NCBI GenBank assembly: GCA_903860135.1
Contig: CAIOPG010000009.1
Span: 175,805-239,804, forward strand
Direction: 5' to 3'
DNA length: 64,000 bases
Source: Candidatus Omnitrophota bacterium
Lineage (GTDB): Bacteria > Omnitrophota > Gorgyraeia > Zapsychrales > Fredricksoniimonadaceae
Positions 39,842 to 47,435 of this stretch are shown here, piece after piece (the first letter of the stretch is position 1; each line of letters opens with the position of its first letter). The position numbers and the translations under genes are program-made. The notes beneath the pieces are model-generated. The model was not told the origin of the DNA. It saw only the letters and a list, made by a program, of their open reading frames with translations, and did not search any database.

Positions 39842-40073
39842 GAATTCCCTCCTCAAGATAACTCTGACAAAGTGGACAACGCACAACCTCAGTCTTTCCG
39901 TTACTGATAATGATATGGCTGCAATAGGGGCATTGCCTAACAATACCCGCACTTGATGCCTCCCTGTTTACGCCATCATCCACAACGGCATATTTAAACC
40001 ACATAAACCCAAAAAAAATAATCATGACAGAAAGACAAAGACTTACGCCCAAGGCAATATCTATCGTGATCAT
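39834..40073 (-). CDS. small membrane-anchored zinc-ribbon protein (79 aa)
   Basis: N-terminal TM helix (IALGVSLCLSVMIIFFGFMWF), then CPYC-x14-CPLC. 4-nt overlap with the upstream TonB-like gene and 8-nt overlap with the downstream gene. Confidence 0.55.
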   Translation of the reverse strand: MITIDIALGVSLCLSVMIIFFGFMWFKYAVVDDGVNREASSAGIVRQCPYCSHIIISNGKTEVVRCPLCQSYLEEGIHD

Positions 40074-40498
40074 GGCAACCTCAAACGAAGATCTAATGGT
40101 GCTACAGGAACATCCTCAACAACTGCCACAGAAGGTTCATCGCGATCCTCAGGAACAACCCTTACACCGGAAAAATGAAATATATCCTTATCCTCCGGTG
40201 GCATACTTCTATAAAAAGATTCAGGTTTCTCTGCCTGCAAGGAGCGCAACCACCCTCCTGATAAGTATAATGGTACGGTACTATCATTAATCTTTTCTTC
40301 AACTTGCAGGACTGAAACTTCATGACGCGAAGGAATAACTTCCTGCGGGCTTAAAATATTGCCCAAGAAGACAACATCGAGTTTGTACGTGTTGTTAACA
40401 GCTCCTTTAAATGAAAAGATCACAAAAGTTAAAGCGATGGCGTGCATGATGCCCGCCGTTAATACCCCTATCATCGGAGAATGCCACTTCACTAGCAT
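40070..40498 (-). CDS. TonB/TolA-like N-terminal anchor protein lacking a recognisable C-terminal TonB domain (142 aa)
   Basis: Single TM helix containing His (GVLTAGIMHAIALTFVIFSF), followed by an acidic/Pro-containing tail. Sits where tonB/tolA follows exbD/tolR. 1-nt overlap with the exbD stop. Confidence 0.5.
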   Translation of the reverse strand: MLVKWHSPMIGVLTAGIMHAIALTFVIFSFKGAVNNTYKLDVVFLGNILSPQEVIPSRHEVSVLQVEEKINDSTVPLYLSGGWLRSLQAEKPESFYRSMPPEDKDIFHFSGVRVVPEDRDEPSVAVVEDVPVAPLDLRLRLP

Positions 40499-40896
40499 TA
40501 CTTCTCACGATCCGTAGCAATATTAATATGCTCGATCCCCATGCTGCGGGCAAGATTCAGGATGTCCACAACACGACCAACCGATGCCCGGTGATCCGCC
40601 TTGATCAAGATGGCTCTGGCATTGCCGCCAGGAAATGCTAAAAACTCTTTAAGTTCACCCAGCGTGATCAAATGATTATTCACATACACAACATTCTCGC
40701 CCGTCACAATGATCGTCAAACTTGACGGAGAGGCTATGTCGCTTGTCACTCCTTTGGGCAAGGCGATCTTTAAGAACGATGATTTTGAAATAAATAAAAT
40801 AAACGCTATAAAACCCAATAGAATAAATAATACATTCAAAAAAGGAAAGAAATTAAATTTTGGCACACATAATTTCAAATGCCTACGGAAATCCAT
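40498..40896 (-). CDS. ExbD/TolR family biopolymer transport protein, with Asn at the canonical TM Asp position
   Basis: 132 aa. FNFFPFLNVLFILLGFI aligns to E. coli ExbD INVTPFIDVMLVLLIIF and TolR INIVPLLDVLLVLLLIF. The periplasmic domain ends ILIKADHRASVGRVVDILNLARSMGIEHINIAT. Confidence 0.85.
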   Translation of the reverse strand: MDFRRHLKLCVPKFNFFPFLNVLFILLGFIAFILFISKSSFLKIALPKGVTSDIASPSSLTIIVTGENVVYVNNHLITLGELKEFLAFPGGNARAILIKADHRASVGRVVDILNLARSMGIEHINIATDREK

Positions 40897-40899
40897 GCC

Positions 40900-41568
40900 C
40901 TAAGCCCCTCCGGCTAAAGGAACATTAATAATCTGCGTCATTTCACGCACAAGCGTCGAAGCAACCTGCTCCATCTGCAGAACAGTACCCTCGATCACCT
41001 TAAGAAAATACCGGTGCGCGATCATGGCAAAGATCCCGACAAGGGAAGCCGCCGCTGTTGTAATAAGCGCTTGCCCAAGACCAGCCGTAACATCCATCAA
41101 ACTGGCAGGATTTACAGCTACCGCACGAAGCTGTATTGTATGCAATAACCCACACAAACCAACCACCGTCCCCAGAAGGCCGATCAAAGGCACTAATTGA
41201 GCCATAAATACTAAAAGATCCAACCCTTTTTCCATCGCGCGTACCTCATACCTGGCCGCATCTTCCATCGCCACTTGTATCTCTGGTGCCGATTGACCAA
41301 AACTCAACAATCCTGCTTTTAAAATTCGTGCCATCGAAGAATCTGCGGCATCACACGCTGAAAGGGCACCCATGGTATTATTGTTTTGAATAAAACCGAT
41401 CACTTGAATAGAAAGGACAGCAATACCTTCGCGCACTTCTCCTAGAAACAAGAATCTTTCAATGACCAAAGCCGTAACACTGACGGAACATATCAAAACA
41501 GGAACCATGACAGGACCACCTGTCAATAATAATCGCCATGCGCCAATCCCGGTTACAGCATCGATCAT
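40900..41568 (-). CDS. MotA/TolQ/ExbB family proton-channel-like protein, with Gln at the canonical TM3 Glu position
   Basis: 222 aa with three TM helices. LIGLLGTVVGL (TM2) and AGLGQALITTAAASLVGIFAMIAHRYF align to E. coli ExbB PGIAEALLATAIGLVAAIPAVVIYNVF. Confidence 0.85.
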   Translation of the reverse strand: MIDAVTGIGAWRLLLTGGPVMVPVLICSVSVTALVIERFLFLGEVREGIAVLSIQVIGFIQNNNTMGALSACDAADSSMARILKAGLLSFGQSAPEIQVAMEDAARYEVRAMEKGLDLLVFMAQLVPLIGLLGTVVGLCGLLHTIQLRAVAVNPASLMDVTAGLGQALITTAAASLVGIFAMIAHRYFLKVIEGTVLQMEQVASTLVREMTQIINVPLAGGA

Positions 41569-41586
41569 TTAGGCATCCTTCGGCTA

Positions 41587-44070
41587 TTATTTCTTCCCGC
41601 TGCGTTCTTGGATCAACTCAATCCGTTCATTGGCAAACTTACTCTCGTCAACCTTCAAGTCAACAACCTTCCTGTACGCAGTAATCGCCTTTTCTAATTC
41701 ATTATTGTTTTCAAAAATTCTAGCGATACGCAAATATGCTTTTATAACCCATGGGATTTCTTTCGAATAAATATACGGTATCTTGAAATAAGCCTCTAGT
41801 GCCTTGTCAGATTCATTCAACACCTCGTAAACATCTCCCACAGAAAATTGAATCCCGGCACTGGTTACCTGGCTTTCACCTTTATCCGCTTCGATAGCCT
41901 CCGCGTATACAAACAACTCTTCGTTAAATTTCTTCTCCCGACGGTATATCTGCGCTATCTTCATTAAAGCATCACGTTTATACTGCGGACTTGTCGCTAT
42001 AATACCATGGTATGTTTCAACCGCCTTGTCAGTATCCAGTTCCTTAACAAATATACCAGCAATAGCAATCTTTGCCTTGGGGTAAAGTAATGGATCAATT
42101 TGGGGATCAACCTGCCTAAAATACGCGAGAGCTTTTTCAAAGTTCTCCAAAGACAAATACGCACGACCCAATTCAAAACAAAGAAGACCTTGCTTGACCG
42201 TCTCGGGCAAATCAAACAAGCCCTTCGTATAGAGTTCTACGGCCACCTGATAGAGACCTTCTGTCATATTGTACTGCCCCAGCCACAGAACACACTCGAT
42301 CTCCGCTTCGGTGTGAGGGTAACGATGCACGATATCTTTAAAACGTGCAAGTGCTTCCTTCGTGTCACCCATAGCATCATATGTCTTGGCAAGCCCTACA
42401 TACGCATTCTGGAGTATCTGCTGTTCATCAGGATAAAGCCTAAGCACATCATTAAAGATAACTATCGCCCTGTCAAACTGCTTCAAATTAAAATGCGTCA
42501 TCGCCAACACATAACGGGCTTCCGCCACAAACTGAACCGGAACAACAGGGTCAGAAATAAAAGAGGTCAGTATTTCAACAGCCGTCGCCCATTCCTTTCT
42601 ACGGAAATACGCCAAACCAAGATAATAACGGGATTCAGAAATATACTTACTGCCGGGATAATTAGCTTTTAATGCCTGAAGTGCCAAAACAGCAGCATCA
42701 ATCTTGCCGGATTTAAGAAGCGCAATCCCTAAATAATATTGGACATGATCTTCATAAGGCGTGTCCGGCATTTCATGAAGGATCTTGTCATAGACATCGA
42801 TCGCCTTGTCCATAACGCCAGCCTCCTGATAGGCATCCGCAATCTGGCTATACGCACTCACTTTTATTATCTTGTTATCCGACTTGTCAGCTACCAGCTG
42901 AAACATAGCGACAGCCTTGTCAATATCACCGCTCTTGGAATAAGTCCAAGCTAAACCGAACCTAGCTTTCTCGATCATTTTATCCCGTCCTGCCGCACCG
43001 CTAGAAATAGCAATGATCATCTCATAATCTTTGATAGCGGCCACATAATCATTAACAAGATACCAGGCATTGGCACGCCCCAAATAAGTATCGGCTATTT
43101 TAAGACTCGCCGGAAACCGCGCGATAACTTCCGAATAAATTGAGGCCGCTTCAACATATTTCTCCTGGGCTATAAAAAGACTCGCCTTGGCCAAAAGAAC
43201 ATCTTCTTCGGATACCTTTGCCGCTTTAACCGCAAATTGCGCTTCATCGAACGTCTTTAACGCCTCCACATATTTCTTAAGTTTGATCTGACACCAGCCC
43301 GTCCCGATCAGCGATGCGGCCATCGAAGATGGCGCCGTTGTCAATGATCTGGCTTTCTGATAAGCATCCGAGGCCTTGTCATATTGTTCCAGATTATACA
43401 AAGCCTCGGCCACATTGAATTGGGCTTCATAAAGACGGGTCGAACCGGGATGCCCTGAGATATAATTATTGAAAGCCACAATAGCCGCTTCATACTGAAC
43501 AGCATTGTAGTCACACTCTCCCAGCTTGAACGCGGCATCATCGGACAAGTTGTTAGCAGGAAACTTATCGATCAAGGCCTGGAATATCTTTTTGGCCGAC
43601 ACATAATCTTCCTTCTGAAAATAAGACCAGGCGAGCGAATAATATGCCTGGGGCGCATACAGGGATGCCGGAAAAGCATCAATAACTTGACGGTATTTCT
43701 CTTGGGCTTTGGGAATATCGCCACCCTTGAAATATGTTTCTCCCAACCAGAAAAGAGAGGCATCCTTGTATTCAGGCAACGCTACCAGATCCTTAAAAAC
43801 ATTAAAGGCCTGCACATACTGTTGCTTAAAGAAATAACTTTGCCCTTCGAGCAATCTCGCTTCAACAACTTTTGTGGTTTGCGGGAATTCAGTTAGAAGT
43901 TGATTGACGTAACGCAGAGAAACATCATAAAAACCATCTTCAAATGCGCGCTGGGCTACAATGAAAAGATCTTTCTCATTAGAATCAACAGCAAAAGATG
44001 GTGTCGCAACGATGAGCAACGAAATGCCCATGATGTACAGGATACATTGTAGATTTTTTCTTATTTTCAT
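41587..44070 (-). CDS. large secreted tetratricopeptide-repeat protein (827 aa)
   Basis: Signal peptide MKIRKNLQCILYIMGISLLIVATPSFA|VD. The remainder is almost entirely TPR-like A/Y/L-patterned 34-mers (for example AQFNVAEALYNLEQYDKASDAYQKA). First gene of the locus, 18 nt upstream of exbB. Confidence 0.8.
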   Translation of the reverse strand: MKIRKNLQCILYIMGISLLIVATPSFAVDSNEKDLFIVAQRAFEDGFYDVSLRYVNQLLTEFPQTTKVVEARLLEGQSYFFKQQYVQAFNVFKDLVALPEYKDASLFWLGETYFKGGDIPKAQEKYRQVIDAFPASLYAPQAYYSLAWSYFQKEDYVSAKKIFQALIDKFPANNLSDDAAFKLGECDYNAVQYEAAIVAFNNYISGHPGSTRLYEAQFNVAEALYNLEQYDKASDAYQKARSLTTAPSSMAASLIGTGWCQIKLKKYVEALKTFDEAQFAVKAAKVSEEDVLLAKASLFIAQEKYVEAASIYSEVIARFPASLKIADTYLGRANAWYLVNDYVAAIKDYEMIIAISSGAAGRDKMIEKARFGLAWTYSKSGDIDKAVAMFQLVADKSDNKIIKVSAYSQIADAYQEAGVMDKAIDVYDKILHEMPDTPYEDHVQYYLGIALLKSGKIDAAVLALQALKANYPGSKYISESRYYLGLAYFRRKEWATAVEILTSFISDPVVPVQFVAEARYVLAMTHFNLKQFDRAIVIFNDVLRLYPDEQQILQNAYVGLAKTYDAMGDTKEALARFKDIVHRYPHTEAEIECVLWLGQYNMTEGLYQVAVELYTKGLFDLPETVKQGLLCFELGRAYLSLENFEKALAYFRQVDPQIDPLLYPKAKIAIAGIFVKELDTDKAVETYHGIIATSPQYKRDALMKIAQIYRREKKFNEELFVYAEAIEADKGESQVTSAGIQFSVGDVYEVLNESDKALEAYFKIPYIYSKEIPWVIKAYLRIARIFENNNELEKAITAYRKVVDLKVDESKFANERIELIQERSGKK

Positions 44071-44127
44071 AATTATTAATTATATCAAGAAATTATCAGG
44101 AAACGAAAGATAAAATCGGAAGAAATT

Positions 44128-46920
44128 TTAAAGCTGGCGTTGCAGGAATGGACGCAAATACTGACCGGTGTATGATTCCGGGTGTGCCATCAGCCCTTCG
44201 GGAGTACCCGAGAATACCACACGGCCGCCGCGATCCCCACCATCTGGTCCAAGGTCTATGACATGGTCCGCTGATTTGATCACCTCGAGGTTATGCTCAA
44301 TGACAAGGACCGTGTTCCCCTTATCTACCAGCTGCTGAAGGACGCCGAGCAGTTTCTCGACATCAGCAAAATGCAGGCCTGTTGTTGGTTCATCCAGGAT
44401 ATACAGCGTCCTTCCTGTTGAAGGTTTGCAAAGCTCTGCCGCAAGTTTCACGCGCTGAGCTTCCCCGCCCGACAGCGTCGTGGCCGCCTGGCCGATCTTC
44501 ACATAACCAAGGCCAACCTCATTGATCACGCGCAATACCCGGGCAATACGGGGAATGTTGCCGAAGACCTCCAGTGCTTCGCTGATCGACATATCGAGCG
44601 TCTGACTGATATTCCTGCCTTTATATTCAACCTGCAAGGTCTGCTCGTTGAATCGCTGCCCATGACAAACAGCGCATTCCACATGAACATCCGGCAAGAA
44701 ATGCATTTCAATTTCTTTAACCCCGTCCCCCTGGCACGCTTCACAACGTCCGCCTTTAACATTAAAACTGAAACGCCCTGGACCATATCCCCTCAACCTG
44801 GATTCAGGAAGTCCGGAAAAAATAGAACGGATATCCGTAAAGACACCTGTATATGTTGCCGGATTTGACCGGGGTGTACGTCCTATCGGCGACTGATCAA
44901 CGACGATGACCTTGTCAATGGCGTCAAGTCCCTCAAGTTTCCTGTAAGCACCGGATTTCTCGCGGGATCCATAAAGATGACGCGCAAGCGCTTTATAAAG
45001 AACATCATAAACAAGCGTTGATTTCCCTGAACCGGAAACACCCGTTACGCATACAAAAACCCCCAGCGGGATATCAACATCAATATTCTTTAGATTATGT
45101 TCACTGACACCCTTTAAACGGATACAAGCTCCGCGCACAGCGGGCCGCCGTTGTGCCGGGATAGGAATACGGATAGATCCCTTAAGGTATTGCCCCGTCA
45201 ACGAATCTGAAATGGAAAGAATACCGTCAACAGGCCCCGCGTACATGATCTCCCCGCCGAACCGCCCCGCGCCCGGACCGAGATCCACCAGCCAGTCCGC
45301 ACTGCGGATCGTATCCTCATCATGTTCCACGACCACAAGGGTATTCCCCAGATCTCTGAGATCCCGTAAACTTGACAACAACCTTTCATTATCTTTTTGA
45401 TGGAGCCCGATAGACGGCTCATCCATCACATACACCACGCCGACGAGTCCGGAACCCACCTGCGTTGCCAGGCGGATGCGTTCAGCTTCCCCGCCGGATA
45501 GCGTTGAACTTTTACGGTCAAGCGTCAAATAATCCAGCCCCACATTGATACAAAAATCAAGCCGGCGAATGATCTCTTTAAGAACAGGTGCCGCAATGGT
45601 GCGTTCACCCCCCTCCAGTTGAAGCCCCAGAAAAAACTCCCGCGACTCCTGAATGGACATGCGCACGATCTCGGCAATGTTCTTGCCCTCAACAAGCACC
45701 ATCAGGGCTTCTTTCCTCAAACGCCGCCCTTCACACGCAGGGCATGGCGCTTCGGACATGAATTTTGAGATCTCCTCCTTGAGCCAGTCGCTCGGCGTCT
45801 CCCTGAACAAACGCTGGAGATAACCCGCGACCCCTTCAAACTTCTTGCCCCAGATAATGTCTTCGCCGCCAAAAAGAACCCTTTGTTTAAAATCCCGGGG
45901 AAGTTTATTGAACGGCATGGCCGGATCCATATCATAAAGCTTGGCTATTTCACGCAACACCGCCCGATAATACATCATGTATCCCCGCTGGCCCTTGCGC
46001 CAGGGAACAATGGCCGATACCCATGCTTTCTCCGGTGACGTGACCAATGTTTCAACATCGATCTCCATCCTTGTCCCGATACCATTGCAATCAGGGCATG
46101 CCCCATACGGAGAGTTGAAAGAAAATGTCCGCGGCTCAAGCTCCGGAAGATCGATCCCCTCATCGGGAACAGCAAAACTCTCGCTCATGACAAGATCTTC
46201 TGTCCCGTCTGTAAAACCGACAACAATAAAACCCTTGCCGACCCTGAGTGCCGTCTCGACCGAATCTGTCAAACGGGTTTTCACGTCTGGTCTGACTGAT
46301 AGGCGATCTACCACTATTTCGACAGAATGGATCTTATAACGATCAAATTTGATCTTGTCTTGAACATCATAAATATGCCCATCGACCCGTAGCCGCGCAA
46401 AACCCGCCTTGGCCACATCCCTACCGATGTGTGGATAGGTGCCCTTCTTCCCGCGGATATACGGCGCAAGGATATTGATCTTACTGCCCGCAGACAGTCG
46501 TAATATCCGTTCGACCATTTCCTGGGCAGACTGCTTCTCGAGCTTTTGCCCCATATAATAAGGAACACCGATCCTCGCGAACAACAGCCTCAAATAATCA
46601 TAAATTTCCGTCTGCGTGGCCACCGTTGACCTGGGATTACGGCTGATCGTTTTCTGTTCAATGGAGATCGTCGGGCTCAAGCCTTCGATCGACTCGACAT
46701 CCGGTTTCTGCACCTGATCGAGAAATTGGCGGGCATACGCTGAAAGGCTTTCCACATAACGCCGCTGCCCTTCAGCATAGATCGTATCAAAAGCCAGCGA
46801 AGACTTCCCAGAACCACTCAACCCCGTCACAACAATCAACTTGTTGCGGGGAAGCTCAAGGGAAATGTTCTTGAGATTATGTTCCCTGGCATTCTTGATA
46901 ACGATATTATTAAGTTGCAT
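44128..46920 (-). CDS. uvrA: excinuclease ABC subunit A
   Basis: 930 aa. Two ABC modules ([14 protein letters not shown]; [11 protein letters not shown]), zinc fingers CPDCNG and CEACQGDG, and LSGGEAQR signatures. Confidence 0.97.
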   Translation of the reverse strand: MQLNNIVIKNAREHNLKNISLELPRNKLIVVTGLSGSGKSSLAFDTIYAEGQRRYVESLSAYARQFLDQVQKPDVESIEGLSPTISIEQKTISRNPRSTVATQTEIYDYLRLLFARIGVPYYMGQKLEKQSAQEMVERILRLSAGSKINILAPYIRGKKGTYPHIGRDVAKAGFARLRVDGHIYDVQDKIKFDRYKIHSVEIVVDRLSVRPDVKTRLTDSVETALRVGKGFIVVGFTDGTEDLVMSESFAVPDEGIDLPELEPRTFSFNSPYGACPDCNGIGTRMEIDVETLVTSPEKAWVSAIVPWRKGQRGYMMYYRAVLREIAKLYDMDPAMPFNKLPRDFKQRVLFGGEDIIWGKKFEGVAGYLQRLFRETPSDWLKEEISKFMSEAPCPACEGRRLRKEALMVLVEGKNIAEIVRMSIQESREFFLGLQLEGGERTIAAPVLKEIIRRLDFCINVGLDYLTLDRKSSTLSGGEAERIRLATQVGSGLVGVVYVMDEPSIGLHQKDNERLLSSLRDLRDLGNTLVVVEHDEDTIRSADWLVDLGPGAGRFGGEIMYAGPVDGILSISDSLTGQYLKGSIRIPIPAQRRPAVRGACIRLKGVSEHNLKNIDVDIPLGVFVCVTGVSGSGKSTLVYDVLYKALARHLYGSREKSGAYRKLEGLDAIDKVIVVDQSPIGRTPRSNPATYTGVFTDIRSIFSGLPESRLRGYGPGRFSFNVKGGRCEACQGDGVKEIEMHFLPDVHVECAVCHGQRFNEQTLQVEYKGRNISQTLDMSISEALEVFGNIPRIARVLRVINEVGLGYVKIGQAATTLSGGEAQRVKLAAELCKPSTGRTLYILDEPTTGLHFADVEKLLGVLQQLVDKGNTVLVIEHNLEVIKSADHVIDLGPDGGDRGGRVVFSGTPEGLMAHPESYTGQYLRPFLQRQL

Positions 46921-46964
46921 ATAATTATTATAATCCTTAAAGACCGAAGAAGCACGTAATAGAT

Positions 46965-47000
46965 ATAACCCCTGCCATCATCACTGACGACAGGGGTTAT
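46965..47000 (-). terminator. possible terminator hairpin downstream of the small basic protein gene
   Basis: 10-bp perfect stem ATAACCCCTG/CAGGGGTTAT with a 16-nt loop, 64 nt after the stop. No U-tract follows, so confidence is low. Confidence 0.35.
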
Positions 47001-47063
47001 ACGTTGATGACTAGCACATGTCGAATTCAAGCAAATTCAAGCCACAGATTTGATCTGTAAACC

Positions 47064-47348
47064 TTACTTCTTGCCCTTCTTCGCCACGACCTTCTTCACA
47101 GCCTTTTTCACAGCCTTCTTCTTCTTTCCGCCCTTCACCATGGCAGCAGAAGAAATATCGCCCTGCTTATCGATAAAATAGAGGAAACCAGATTCCTTCT
47201 TAATACCGACCTTGGCAACCTTCTTGGGCTTGCCGCCCTTCTTGTCGCCGCGCGCCATCGCCGCAGAAGAAACATCGCCATCCTTATCAATAAAATAAAG
47301 GAAACCCTTTTCTTTCTTGACGCCAACTTTAGCAACTTTCTTAGCCAT
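47064..47348 (-). CDS. small lysine-rich basic protein with an internal tandem duplication and a KKAVKK tail (94 aa)
   Basis: Two 32-residue repeats, KKVAKVG[VI]KKE.GFLYFIDK.GD[VI]SSAAM..G, followed by GKKKKAVKKAVKKVVAKKGKK. Strong SD (AAAGGGGGGTGAATA ATG) and its own flanking intergenic regions. Confidence 0.7.
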   Translation of the reverse strand: MAKKVAKVGVKKEKGFLYFIDKDGDVSSAAMARGDKKGGKPKKVAKVGIKKESGFLYFIDKQGDISSAAMVKGGKKKKAVKKAVKKVVAKKGKK

Positions 47349-47435
47349 TATTATTCACCCCCTTTCATCGTGTAACTTTTTTCCATTTGAATCGGCGATA
47401 TCCCATTAACTCCGCCGATGATATTCATCTTGAAA

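Noticed and set aside
40070-44070. Interpreting TPR-ExbB-ExbD-anchor as a Tol-Pal system (YbgF-TolQ-TolR-TolA)
   Set aside because: No tolB or pal follow, and the gene order differs (TPR first). The downstream genes are pilus components. The anchor protein is far shorter than TolA. The question is kept open as an Exb/Tol-family module of unknown role.
27842-44127. Calling the AT-rich block a genomic island or mobile element
   Set aside because: There is no integrase, transposase, tRNA attachment site, flanking direct repeat or phage gene, and the junctions with rsmE and uvrA are tight. Only the compositional anomaly is reported.
47391-47419. Hairpin ATCGGCG/CGCCGAT downstream of nadX as a terminator
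   Set aside because: The stem is only 7 bp with a 15-nt loop and no trailing U-tract on the minus strand. It could equally be part of the small basic protein's promoter or leader region.
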